NCBI RefSeq assembly: GCF_000372725.1
Contig: NW_005202303.1
Span: 62,001-126,000, forward strand
DNA length: 64,000 nt
Direction of reading: 5' to 3'
Origin: Emiliania huxleyi CCMP1516
Lineage: Eukaryota
The position numbers and the translations under genes were made by a program. Of the stretch, positions 1-14,967 are shown one piece after another. The notes under the pieces were generated by a model. It made no database searches. It was given only the letters and a program-made list of their open reading frames with translations, and was not told the DNA's origin. The stretch's first letter is position 1. Every line of letters begins with the position of its first letter.

Positions 1-2416
<2,416 letters not shown>

Positions 2417-2863
2417 AGCAGTGGTGGACAAACTCTGGTGAGCAAATGGTCCGGAACTCAAGGCGTTGGTCTTCAAGGGCTGGGGTGGCTTGTGTCTTGC
2501 GGCGCGCGGCTCGAGCATCTTTTCCCGGCACCGCGGAGCTGGGACTGCTTGCATGGTCGGGTGCCACCGCTATCTTGCGCCCTCGCTTTCTCTCTCTCTC
2601 TCTGCGCATCGCTCTCTGAACTCTGCACTGGTCGACTGGGGTGGCTCCTGGACCCTGGAGCGTGGAGGGGGCGCTCGTGTCGGGGCGGCGCTCTCTCTTG
2701 GCTCTCTCTCTATTGGAACGTTGTACGTTGGCGTGTTGGACTGATGCATGCGTCTCCTCTTTTTACGTTTGAGAATCACAACGCCTAGAAAGTCAAAGAT
2801 CACAAAGCGGGCGGGCGGAGGGGGACCTGTTCGCTGGCCACACACCTCTCCGCCGCGTGACGA

Positions 2864-3665
2864 TGTGAGTCCGATGTAGAGCGATGTAGAGGCGCGCTCT
2901 CTACAACGTGAGAGAGAGAGTACAACGTAAAATCTCTACAACAAACTCTACACCATAAGCGGCGAACGAGGCACGGTCGCTCTCCGACATGAGGCGCGTT
3001 GCACTTGCCAGTGCTGCCCTGGCCTTTTCTGTCTGCCCGCCCAATGGGTGGGAGGTGCCTCTGCTGCTGTGGCATGCCTCACGGCTGCCCTGCGACTGGC
3101 CGGCGCCTCGGCGCGTCAGCTCGGCTAGGTGTAGCGATAGTGGCCAGCGCAACTCCTCTCGCCTGGACTCAACGCTCAGCCACGGAGCTCCCGCACGCGC
3201 TGGCGCGAGGCATGGCGCATGCAACGCGTCTGAATGCTCGCCTCGCCTCACGCAAATGCGACCGTCCTCGCAGCCGACAGTCCACCGCCTGCTGAAGGAG
3301 CACACTGCGACGAATGCGGCACCGGCGACGCATGGCAGGCTGGTCATGACGCAGTTATAGGGTGTTGTGTGCTGTCAGAGTGACTCTCTGTGTGTCAGGG
3401 ATAGTCAGGGCCGTCCGTCAGAGCTCCAGTAAGCTCAGAGACACCCCATTAGTGCGACTCGACCTCTTTGAGTCACTGCCTTCCCGGCGGTTTGGCTGTA
3501 GAGCCTCTACAACAAACTCTACAACAAAATCGCGCTCTACATCGCTCTACAACGCAGGCGCTTCGTCCCGCGGCGGATGTAGAGCTCTACAGCTCTACAG
3601 CACTCCAGAGCGCTCTACATCTCTACAACTCTACAGCGCTCTACACTCTACATCCTCTACACCCT
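2864..3665. repeat. Two clusters of CTCTACA/TGTAGAG motif repeats (2864-2955 and 3497-3665), probably repeat-element remnants
   Basis: Many ctctaca copies plus inverted tgtagag copies; both clusters contain ctctacaacaaactctaca. Confidence 0.55.
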
Positions 3666-3890
3666 CCCTCAGGCCTTTCGGCGCAGCTCCGCCCTCCTGG
3701 CTGCATATCCTGGCCCCTCGAGTCTATCGAGCTCTCCTCGAGCAAGGACGAGTCTTCTGACGCCCACTGCTATCATTTGCCGCCCAGTCATATCATTGCT
3801 CAGGTCCACTCTCTCTTCGAACACTTGTGCCTTCACGGATGATGCCGGCGCTGGGGTCCCCTTCCGAGGGTGCCACTCAGTCAGTTCTTT

Positions 3891-4128
3891 GACACCTCTA
3901 CTGTGAGATGGGTAATAAGAAGGCCGAACAGGTCCCCGCGCGCCCTTGGCCTTGCGATCTTTGTGCAGGGTAGAGGGTTCTTTGTGGGTGTGGTCGGCGA
4001 CTAGCCGGGGTCGTCCTCCCGATGGGGGACTAGCACTAAGCCGTCTTCCACATGGTCCCTCGGGTCCCTGCTGCTCCTAATCTCTTCGTGCATCCTCCTG
4101 CTTATCTCCGCAACGTCCTGCTCCCTCC
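3891..4128 (-). mobile_element. Inverted copy of a non-LTR retroelement 3' end
   Basis: Reverse complement of 6138-6356, matching closely over ~230 bp. Confidence 0.6.
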
Positions 4129-4289
4129 CCCTCCCCCCTCGTCTCGCCCTCCCCTGCGCGACTCCGCTGTTGGTGTCTTTCGCGTTTTTGCCTATATTAC
4201 CCGTCTCTCAGATACAGTCACAGACACTCAGTTCGTGCGGCTCGCGACAGGTGTCCGTTTTTTTGGTTTATTTATTTATTTTATGTTTA

Positions 4290-6372
4290 TGCTCCACAAG
4301 AGCACCAACAACTGTCTTGAGCGACTGCAAGCCCGCGCTACAGCAGTCGAGGCGGCGTACCGAAAAGGCTCTCTCGAGGGAGACGTACTGGACCGGAGGA
4401 CTTATTACGCCACACGCGGCCACACGAACGAGTGGGTGCGAGGACGGCTCGGCGAGGGGCTCACGGCGGGGTCGCACACGGCAGGGGTGACGGGGCCGCT
4501 GTGGAGCGATGTGGTCAGGGGAACGACGAGACACAAATGGGACAAGCGCCAGCGGATCAAGGATCAGCACGGCGAGCGCGAGATTGAATTCGCCGACGTG
4601 GATGATCATAACGTGGTGACAAGACCGTCATGGGAGCGCGTGTGCGGCAGCAGGCGGGGGTGCCACACGGAGCGCACCACGAGAGGATTATGCGGGGAGA
4701 GGCGGGGAGAGAGACCCCGGGCGCCGCCACAAGGAGCGAACTCAGGGGCTGCCTCGTCTGTAAGGCCGCGAGGGACGCGGCGAGGAGGGCGGCACTAAAG
4801 CGAGACCCGCTGTGTCCGATCGTGCGGAAAGCCGCGCAGCAATGGACCGAGGAAGATGAGAACCCGCCTAGAGCGACGATGGCGCACTTGCTTAGCGGCG
4901 CCTGCCTGGGGAATAGGGAGCAGGCCAGGTGGTTCCTCAGAGTAGCGCGAGCGCAGACGGGGACGGCGATCAGCAAAGTAGCCCAGGCGGCACCCGACTC
5001 CAAGGATACGCTGAAGACGCTGAGGATAGCGCATGTCGCTCCGCTGAAGGGCTCACGCTATAGGGTGCTTGATGAGGACGGGTACGATGCACTAGCCCCA
5101 GCCGTCGGGGGGGTGTTGCCGGCGCTGGTAGATGACTCGGAGAAGAGCCGGAGGGACCTTGGCGCCGGGGTCACGAGGAACTTGCAAGTCGTGGCCGAGG
5201 CGGCGACGGGCGCGGTGCAGAGGTGGATCCAGCTCAATGATGAGGCTACGGCGCGCATAGTGAAGAGAGAGGAACACATCGAGTGGCTGAGGAAGCTCTT
5301 CACTGGGTGGAAAGAGGCTCGGCCGGCCTTGAGGGAGTCGCAGAGGAGGGATAACGCAGGCAACGCAGGGACGGGCCAACAGCCAGTGGGACGAACGAGG
5401 GCCGCGACGGCGGCTCAAGCGGGAGGGAGCGGTGACAGTGGGCAGCGAGCGAAGTGGGTGAGACTGATGATGCTCCTTCGACTTAGGGAGCGGTTCAGCT
5501 GCTGGGCGGGCTTCAGGATGGTGCTCACGCGAACAGGAATCGACGCGATGTACAAAGCAGGCGGCGGCTTCTCGCCGCCTGCAGTTGCAAAGATCAAAAC
5601 TGCCTTGCGCGCAAGGCTCAACGCTCGGGCGTTGACCGCACCGCGTACCCTCCCCACTCCCGCCTCTCATTTGTGTCACACCACGCGGAACGCATCTCCA
5701 TCGCTTCGGTGAAGGGGGTGAACCGTGCCATCCTCGATCGCCGTGCTAAGCTCGCTTCCGAGCTCTCACGCCGCGCGTAGGGCCCCTAGGGGCCTAGAGA
5801 ACACAACCCCCTCTCTCTTTTCTCCCAGTAAGCTAAAAGTACGTACAAAAGTAGAGAACACAACCCCCTCTCTCTTTTCTCCCAGTAAGCTAAAAGTACG
5901 TACAAAAAGGGGAGAAGGAAGAGGAGAGACGCCGGTGAGGACGAAGCAGAAACTAGCGCAGACGAGAGCAGGGCAGACCCGGGGACTGGGGAGCCGGAGC
6001 AGACGGCATCGGCCGCCGAGGGAACGTTGGGAAGAGGCACGAGGAGGGCGGCGACCTCGACCGACTATGGAGGACCCGTCGCCAGACGACGCAAGGCAGA
6101 AGACGGTGAGGCGGAGCAGACGCGCAGGGCGAGACGAGGGAGGGAGCAGGACTTTGCGGAGATCAGCAGGAGGATGTACGAAGAGATTAGGAGCAGCAGG
6201 GACCCGAGGTACCATGTGGAAGACGGCTAGTGCTAGTCCCCCATCGGGAGGACGACCCCGGCTAGTCGCCGACCACACCCCGACAAAGAACCCTGCACAA
6301 AGATCGCAAGGGCGGGGACCTGTTCCTTTTTACCCATCTCACAGTAGAGAGGTGTCCGTTTTTTATTTATTT
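4290..6372 (+). mobile_element. 5'-truncated, degraded non-LTR retrotransposon (LINE-like) fragment
   Basis: ORF 4630-5712 has CLVC...ATMAHLLSGAC, resembling the C-terminal CCHC knuckle of LINE ORF2. The region ends in gtagagaggtgtccgtt+(ttta)n, an end also seen at 4249-4285 and 33941-34033. No RT motif is visible. Confidence 0.5.
5777..5908 (+). repeat. Dispersed repeat containing a 57-bp tandem duplication (5795-5851 / 5852-5908)
   Basis: tagagaacacaaccccctctctcttttctcccagtaagctaaaagtacgtacaaaa occurs twice; a related copy lies at 21935-21994. Confidence 0.75.
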
Positions 6373-6593
6373 ACCAACAACTGGCGCGTGGCGGGACGAT
6401 GCTGGGGCCGGGTCGTGCTTCACACACAGCCCGCTGACCCACGACTGTCCGCCCTAGAGCGTCCTGCCGCGTTCGCGCCGAGAGGGAAATCAGGGGAGCT
6501 GCGCGCGGCGGCCGAAGCGGTCGGCGTTGACGTCTCTGCGACCGACGCCGACATCGACGAGCTCTCTGCCGGCGCGCGCGCGGCGTCTACGAA

Positions 6594-7762
6594 CTACCCC
6601 CCCGCGATCCAGCCCTGGACGCCCAACTGCTTGACCGAGGGCGAGAAGGTGACCTGCGTCTGGTGCGTCAGCAGGTGGAGCAGCTTGGAGTTGTGCGGCT
6701 GGTAGAAGCGGCCCAGCTTGGTGCGGGCGTCGCTCGACATGCCGCCAAACACCTTGATCGAGTCGATGTTGGACGGGTGGCGTGCGGGCGAGGCGAGCTC
6801 GGCCGAGCCGGTGAGGAAGTGCGAGACGTCCTTGACCACGCGCTGTGTGTCCTCCTCGTAGGCGTCCGTCGACGTGAGGAGGAAGCGCTTCGGCCCGAAC
6901 CGTTTGAACCAGTACTCGAGCTGCGCGTGGTACACGCCCGCGGCCACGCCCTCTATCGCGTCTGCGGGGAGGGAGCGAGGCCAGGCGTGTGCTGTCGCGG
7001 GCGCGTCGGCCCGAGGAGCGGCGCCGGCAGGTCATATCTCCACATCTCCCCACATCTCCCCATACCTCGCTGCGTGTCGTATCTCCCCGTATCTCCCCAT
7101 ATCTCCCCATACCTCGCGCCTTCGTCGCAGTGGAAGGTGTCGGGCGGCGGCCAGAGGTCGTCGCCGTGGTTGCGCTGGCACTCGCGTACCGCGTCCATCG
7201 TCACCTTGAGCCAGTTGTCAAAGTTCTTGACGCCGGTGCCAGACAGCACGAAGGCGTCCCAGTACGCGTAGAGCCGAAGGGCGGGGTCGCGCAAGATGAC
7301 GACGAACTTGAGGAGCGGCTGCGCGGCGCCAGGCAGCGTGGCTTGGAGGCGGTCGGCGACGATAGGCTTCCGGAGGTACGCGGGGGTCGCGTCGACGGTG
7401 AACTGGTACTGCGGGTGCGCGTTCCGGCCCGGGCACTCCGGAAAGTGGTCGGCGTAGAAGCCCATCCCGCGCGACCAGCTGTCGGTGGCGTAAAAGTGCT
7501 GTTCTCGTGCGTAGTAGTCGGGCTCGCCGCGCAGCGCGTGGCCGGAGCGCGCGCCGCGGATGCTCCCGACGATATCCTCGTAGAGGCTGTTGCTGCCGCA
7601 GCGCTGGCAGCCGAGCAGGAAAGTCAGCGGCACCAGCTTGCCGCCCAGGCAGAAGGTGCCCGCGCGCGAGATGTCGTGCGCGACCAGAGAGCGACCATGC
7701 GTCACGTTGGTCACTGCCTGGGAGCTCGTCGCGGCGGCGGCGGCGAGAAGGGCAGATGGCAT
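6594..7762 (-). CDS. Sulfotransferase (heparan-sulfate 3-O/N-sulfotransferase-like), 2 exons
   Basis: Hydrophobic N-terminus; FLLGCQRCGSNSLY (5'-PSB-like), EQHFY, DATPAY, KFVVILRDPALRLYAYW (3'-PB), GVYHAQLEYWFKRF, LGRFYQPHNSKL. Inferred GC-AG intron 6962-7119. Confidence 0.85.
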
Positions 7763-8769
7763 ATACACACACACGTGTATACACAAACGTAGCGCACACA
7801 GGCAAGCGCTACACCACAGCGGCGCCGCGTTCCGGAACGTCGGAACGTCGACCCTCGACCCTCCCAGGGGTTCCGGCTCCAACCCGGATAGGGGGTCTGC
7901 GCGCCCTCCCTCCCTACCTATCCCCAGGCCGCGAAGCGAAAAAAGATGAAAATGTTCCCGGGCATTCACACTATGTTCCTGAGATTTGGATTGGAGATTC
8001 GTGTTTCGGCGATGAGGCCTCTGCCTAGCCTCCTGCTTCTATGCGGGAGCCATGGCGGGACCGCTATCGAGTATGGCTTATCCTCCGGACAGTACCTCGA
8101 CTATTGCATCGCCGAGGCCGACACCACCATCGACATGACAGCGTTGACCGCCATGGCAGCTCCAACGTGTGCGCTGCCATGGACAAATCTTGCACTCTAT
8201 ATGCCAGCCACCACCTGGGCGCCTGGCATGTGCGAGCACAACCCCAATCGAGCCGAAAGATCTGAACAATGGGGTCCAGTCGGTCTCTTCGAGCACGTTC
8301 GAGCCTGCCGTTTGCATCGACAATCCATTTCTGAAGGTTTTGTCGATAAAGTTTGAACTTTGGCCAGAACACTCCGAGGACATGTCTTTTGTTTGACATG
8401 TGTGCCTCGCCCCACACGACCTCTCAGGCTATAGAGCACATGCCACAGCCTGCCCCTGAGGCGTCATTCACCCACAGCGGCCACTTTGATTTCCGGCGCC
8501 TTCGCAGCCCGCTACATGTGCACTCTTCCCCCAACAGTCGACTCGGCTCGACGGCTTTAACCATCATGGGGCACGGACCTTCTGCGACAACCCAGCCCCC
8601 TAGTGGGCCTGCGACACACCTTTCGCCGCCAACTCTGCTGGGTGAATGCAACGGGAACAAATTCCTTTGCCTCCAGAGAGAGAGTACGTACGTTGCCTCC
8701 AAAATCGTAAGAGCTACATACACTGAAAATGTTTCACCATGGAATGCAACAGTTGGGCCTACCCCTTCG

Positions 8770-9480
8770 TCGGCTGCACGACCCGAGGAGCACGTGGACC
8801 GCAAGGTGCATGTGGTCGAAGAAGCGAGCCTCGGGCGTCTGGTGCGAGCGCATGAGCGCCTCGCTCACGCGCCGCTTCGCCCCAGAGAAATCGGAGAATG
8901 CGGCCGGGCGCTCACCCGGCGGCGTCTCGGCGAGTAAGCTCTGCCCGCGGCGCAGCAGGCTGACAGAGATGTGCTTGTCCAGAGCGGCCGCGAACGTGGC
9001 AAGCTTGTCCGAAGGCAGAGGGCGTCCAGATCTGTCCAGGCGGAGTGGCCGCTAGATCGTCGAATAGAACGTCGACGTACCGCTTCGTGGGTGGCAGCGC
9101 TGCCACGGCGCCGCGCCACGCGGACTCACTGGGATCGAGGAGCGCCGCATTGACGAGGTACAGCGAGGCTTCGACAAGGTCGTTCCTCGCCTCAAAAAGG
9201 CTTGCCTGGTGCTTAAGCATGCGGACCACCTTGCCCGTTGTGATCAGTGTGGGCACCAGGTTGTCGGCCTTCACGAGGATGCTTTGAGCCTCGTTGTAGA
9301 TGAAAACGCGAGTCGGCAGGCGCCCGCTCTCCGGGTCGAGGCGCGCCGCCACCTGGGCGAAGACGCCATTGAGGTCGGGTCGAGAAGTGAGGCCGGTTGC
9401 ACAGACATAGAAAGGCATGCGCAACGCGAGGCCGATCTTAAAGGTCTCGAGCTGCTTTGCTCGCATCTCCGTCTTCGGTC
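8770..9480 (-). pseudogene. Hypothetical, apparently frameshifted gene with the algal GLxSRPDLNG SH3-like motif and a TPR-like helix
   Basis: ATGLTSRPDLNGVFAQVAARLDPESGRLPTRV...ILVKADNL; coding-like sequence continues in another frame near 9010. Confidence 0.35.
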
Positions 9481-10539
9481 TCCTCAGCGTCGACCGCACA
9501 TGCGAGCTGAGCAAAAAGCGAGCTTGCAACAAGGCCACGCCGGACAGTGGCCTCGAAGAATGCGTGCCAGCGCTCATCCGATCGTTACACCGACGTCGTA
9601 GAAGGCAACGAAGCTGTCGTCGACGACGAGCGGCATATGTGAAGCCATCTTGCACCCGACAACGGTGCGAGCGTCGAACGCGAGGGAGTGGACGGGCGGC
9701 CGCCGGCGGGCGCTCATCAGACCACAGTGTTCGCGAAACGTGACTGCTTGCAGCACCATGGCGATGGCGCTAATTAAGAGATTCCTCTTCCCCCCCGCCC
9801 CCCCCCCCCCGGCAAGGCGCGCGATACACTCTACTTCTAACACCACGATGGCGCGCACTGGCATTAACAAACCTCGCAGACAGCTGAGTCCAGCAGAGAG
9901 TGAGGGGGGCGCAGGAACCAGGATGGGTCCGCGGCTCTGGCTGCACGCTGGGCACACTGTGAGAGTGTGAGAACGCGCTAGCCTAGGTAGGACGCAGACG
10001 TGAGCACCATCGTCCGTCCCAGACGACGCTGTCCTTCCGGCTTGGGTCAGCTCTCAACGCGGAAGAAGTCTGGCGTGCAGCTGCAGGGAAAGCCAGCCGC
10101 AGAGCCTACCAGCGTGGCATCCACATTGTCCGAGTCCTCGCCAGGAAGATCTCTGTGTGGCCTCGAGCAGCCTCGTCGCGAGTCGGAGCGAAAGCGGGCG
10201 GCTCTGGTGAGGCTGCGCTGCGCAAGCACGGGCGGGAGGGGTTTCTCCTGCGGAGTCGCTCGCTCGGAGTCCGTCGTGCGACGTGCGTGCGCGGGGCTCC
10301 TCTTTGCGAATACGGTACTCCCTACATACATCTCGTACCCGTTCTACCAGAGAAGGTGATGTCTGGACTGGACTGCATATAACACATGCGCGAAACGGTC
10401 GACTAAACTATGCACATGACTCAGCTCAACCTTGCGACCTCCGCGCGGAGGCGCCAGCAGGCGATGACGGCCACACGCACATGCCACACAATCACAAAAC
10501 AACAAAGACAGTAATGATATAATGATGTAATAAGCATGA

Positions 10540-11827
10540 TCACAGCACCTTGCGCACCCTCTCGTACGCCGCGTTGAGCTCATAGACACCCGCGCCCTCC
10601 GCGTCGGGAGCGGCCGCTCGCCTACGAGGAAAGTTCCGAGAAGCTTCAGGGCAAGGGCCGAGAAGAGCCACTGAACCGCTGCCGCGCGCCGGCGGAAGCC
10701 AAAGGAACGCGTGTCGGGGTGGAGCTCCCTCGAGCGCGCGCGGAAGGCGTCGCGCAACCGCCGCGGAGTCAGCCGCTCCTCGCCTTGGGAGGGGGGCGAG
10801 CAAGTGAGTGGGGCAGAGTGGCGGTGCCTCGGAAGCGTCTCGGAGATATCTCGGAGATATCTCGGCAGTGTCTCGGAAGTGTCTCGGAAGTGTCTCGGCC
10901 TAGCTCAGTCAGGCCGAGGACGGCCAGCGAGGCCTCGAGCCCGGCGAGGCGGTCCCGCTGCTCCCCAGCGGTGAAGGCCCTGCGGTGGTCGGCTCGCGCC
11001 CCTCTCGCCCACGACGCCACCCCCCTCGCCCACGAGCGCACCCTAGACTGCGGGCCCGCGTCGTACACAACCTCGGCGGGCCTCGCCCACGAAGAAACAG
11101 TCGACTGCGGCGCGTCATAGGCCTCGGCGGCCGCCACAGCGGGCGTCGGCTCCTCCTCCGGCACCGGCGAGGGCGGCAGCTGGAGCGGCGCGACGGCCTC
11201 GGCCGCCGTCTCCGCTGCAGCGGCGGCCGCTGCGAGCACCGTGTCAAGCGCCACTCCCTGCGCTGCTTTCGCCACCGCCGAGGCGGCTGTCCGCGCCTCG
11301 GCCGCCATCTCCTCGCCAGCCGCTATCCGCGCGGCGCGAGCCTTGGCGCGCGCCGCCGCCGCGTTCACCTTGGTCTGCGCGGCCTGGTCGAGCTTGGTCC
11401 ACGACAGCTCCTCCACAGCTCCGCCCGCGCTCTTTCGCTGCTCATCCGCCTGCTGCTTGATCGCCTGCGCATCGGCGATGAGGGCCGAGATGCGGGCCTC
11501 CTCCTTGTCCGGATTGATGGCGCGCTCCCGCGCGCCGGCCACCCAGTCAGCCGCCAGAGCAAGCGCCGTCTTGGCTGCCTTGCCGCCCACCGCTCCGGCA
11601 GCCTTTTTTGCAGCATCGCTGCCGAGCGCGGCGACCGACTTGGGGTCCTCTTCACCGGCCATGCGGGCGGAGAGCGCGGCTCGGCCGGGGAGGCAGGCGC
11701 GGCTTTGGAGTGACGCGGTCACGTCGGCGGAGGCGCGCACGAGAGAGGCCGCTGCCCGCTCCCGCGCGGCAGCCGCGGTCGGCAGCGGCCGCTGCGGTGC
11801 GAATCCGATCGCCAGGAGCGGCAGCAT
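10540..11827 (-). CDS. DnaJ-domain protein (C-terminal J domain) with a probable signal/plastid transit peptide, multi-exon
   Basis: N-terminus MLPLLAIGFAPQRPL; spliced C-terminus LAVLGL...LRDAFRARSRELHPDT...YELNAAYERVRKVL* carries the HPD motif. Confidence 0.75.
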
Positions 11828-12009
11828 ATCGAGGTGCGAAAATGGCTCCGGGCGCTCAGTCACCGTTGTCGGGGTAGCTCAGACCCTCGCGTCTCCGCGT
11901 CTCCACGTCTAACGATGGGGGGGAGGGTTTGGAGGGGAGGGGGGGGGGGGGGGTCGAACTCGCGCAATTCAACTTCAAATATCGAAAGACAGGGTGGTTG
12001 TGCGCCTGC

Positions 12010-14084
12010 TCATCCCAGCCCTCCTGTATTCAGCCCCGCCAGCAGCGCCTGCCCGAGCGAGCCCACGGCGCCGGCCGCGCCGGCCGTAGCGCCATCGGAG
12101 GCGCGCTCGTCGTCCTCCCTCTGCCGCACCCACACGGTGCAGATCCACTTCTCGCCCTCCCCGGACGGCACGGGGAGCGCGGCGTGGAGCGAGTCGGGGC
12201 AGGGCAGCCCGTCCTACGTGATGAGTACACCATCATCGGGGCGGGGAGGCGGTCTTGTGCAGAGTCCTCAGAGCACCGCGTGAGTACGCAGGGCTATAAT
12301 ACAGCGGAATACAGCGGAATACGGCTGAATACAGCTGAGCATGTGTCCTCATGAGTACGGGTTGGACCACAAGAATACGTATATAGCTTGCTTCTAAACC
12401 AGCCAATCCTCGCTCGCGGGGAAGAAGACGAGAGCACACCCCCGCCGCGGCCGCACGCGCAGCCCCAGCCGCGGGAAGTCCGTCTCACCTAGGTGAGACG
12501 AAGTACGGAATCGGGAATTTCGCCACAACACACAAAGGTGGTGCAGAAAGGGCCGGGCAGCCCCTCGCGACTCCACCTCTAAACGCCAGGGGCCGCACGG
12601 CATTCAAAGTGCAAGGCCCAGTGCGCGTGGGTGAGCGGTGCGTGGGGGCTAGGTAGGATCCCATACCCACCAAGGTGGGTGAACCCTGCAACTAACGGGG
12701 GATTGCACCACACGGGACCAGACCCAGATCGTGTAGGATGGCAGACCTCCGCCTCGCGAGGCTCGATTAATTAGTACTGCGCTCCGAATTAAAACTCAAC
12801 TCGACCTCCGCTCGCGAGGCTGGTGAGGTAGACGAGGACCGTCGCGAGTCGCAGGCCTGGGCCAGCAGCGTGCCCCGCCTGCTCCAGCTCCTCTCGGTGA
12901 AGACTCGAGAAGCCAGCCATTTGTGATGGGTGAAGGGTGATGGGTGACGAGCGTGCCCCGCGAGCAGCTCCAACCCCAAACACCGCCCTCTCACGCCCTC
13001 TCACACATCCACCTCGACTCTCGAGGTTCGATCCGGCCAATCTCGTACAATCTCGCGGCAATCTCGGGCGATCTCGCGCCTGCTCCAGCTCCGGCCCTGT
13101 GGTGGGGGTGTCGTAGTGCTCAGTGTACCTCTGGCCGGCCCCGTACCTACAGAAGAAAAAAGACACGTGGCAAAAAGAAATATGCACCTCGCCGTCCCTC
13201 TGGCCCGCCCCGTACCGCGCCAGCTGCGGCTCCTCCATCCGCGAGCGAGGCAGGCCTGCGTCATGAATGCGCCAACGTCAGGGGCGGGAAGGCGGTGTTG
13301 TGCAGAGTCAGAGCACCGCGTGAGCACAACGGAGCACCTTGGAATACGGCGGAATACGTGTCCTCTCGAGCGCTACTAGGAAGACCTTAAGACACAAGAA
13401 CACGTATTCAGCTTCTAGCGGGGCTCCGGCGGTTTGCCTGTGTTAGTGCTAGCACGCGCCAGTCCGCACCTGTGTCGAGCCTCTCCGCCGTGACAGGGAG
13501 TGTTGTCTGTAAATTCTAGCGAAGGGCAGGCCCAGAAAGAGGCGGCGCACGCGCGCGAGGAGCGACGGCGCGCACGCGTCGGCGCAGCCAGAGGTGAGGA
13601 AGATCGAGTCGGAGGTGCGGCCGGCGGACACGCCGCCATCGGTCCGCGAGCGCAGCAGCAGCGGCACGCCCGTGCGCGTGAGCGCCGCGCACTCGGCGGC
13701 GGGAAGAAAGCCTTTGACCAGGTAGACGGGAGGCGACGCGTGCACGCGCCTCAGCCCCGGGAAGTCCTCGTCTAACGCGAGGCGGCGGCTGCCGGCGGGC
13801 AGCGGCGCGGGCGGCGCGACGACGCGCGAGCCCGGCCCGGGCGCGACCCGGTAGCAGCAGGCCTCGTCGGTGGCGGCGGTGGACGAGGAGGCGGAGGCGG
13901 GATCGGCGAGAGCCCTTGCGAGCGCCTGGGCATCAGCCTCGCCAATGCCGATCTCGGCAAGGCAGCTGGACACATTCGACATGGTGCGGAGCAGCCGCAC
14001 GGTAAGCTCCTCGTCCAGGAGGGCCGGCGCCAGGTGTGCGAGGCTGTGCGCTGAGAGGAAGTCGCGAAGGACCTCGTCGCTCAT
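12010..14084 (-). CDS. Prolyl-4-hydroxylase-like 2OG-Fe(II) dioxygenase with an N-terminal SAM-like helical domain, multi-exon
   Basis: PPVYLVKGFLPAAEC, RTS, EEPQLARYGAGQRYTEHYD (HxD), RLATVLVYL, GGETDFPRLGLRVRPRRGCALVFFP, SLHAALPV..GEKW. Confidence 0.85.
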
Positions 14085-14967
14085 ATCTCGACGGTCTCGG
14101 AAGGCTCGAAGAGAAGGCTCGAAGAGGGCCGTTGGAAATTGTTGGCTGCCTACCTACCCGCTTTGTCGCTGGGAGACTGCCGCGAGCGAGCCTAGGAGTG
14201 CAAAAAAGAGAGGGCGCACACCCGCGTTTCTTGCCAGTTTCTTTTTTGTCCTTGTTAATAAGAAAATAAGGTGCGCTGAGGCGCTCCCATTTCTCTTTTT
14301 TTGCGCCTTTGTTAATAAAAAGCACGTCGACATCGCTGCATCGCGGCCGTCTCCTTTCTTCCACGCCTCGCTCGCGGAGGAGGGCATCTGCTTGTGTGAA
14401 TTATGCTAGTGTCCCAAGAAGCAACGAAATACAGCTATAGTTCTATAGATAGGGAATGCCATAGCGGGCGGCCTCGTACCCCAGACCCCAAGACTCTGGG
14501 GCCTAGCCACGTAAACGGGCCCGCCCTCCGCCCATGGCGGACGCGCACGCCGCACTCCACTCATGCGTGGCGATGTGGATGTGGCATGTGCGCGCGAGCC
14601 GCGAGCGACACTGCTCGGGGCGACTGCCAGCACACTGTATAGCGCTTGGTCGAATCGGCCCCCAGAGGCCAGATCCTTCTACCGTACGATGACCCCAACC
14701 ACTCACTTAGGTCACTTGTCAACCGCACTCGCTGGCGAGCCGAGCACAGGACCAGGAGGGCCCGGCGCACAACCCCTGTGCAACTCTCCCTAGCGTGACG
14801 CAATGAAAAGCGCGCACTCCATTCCTTTTCTTTCCCCCGAAGGGTCCCCTCAGCCTCACAAAGTACATACACACAATATTCATGCACGCGGCGTAGGTAG
14901 TGGGTGTCTGTGTGCCTCAGCGCTCAGCTCACTATAAGAGAGAACACACCGGCGCGTGGCTATCGGT

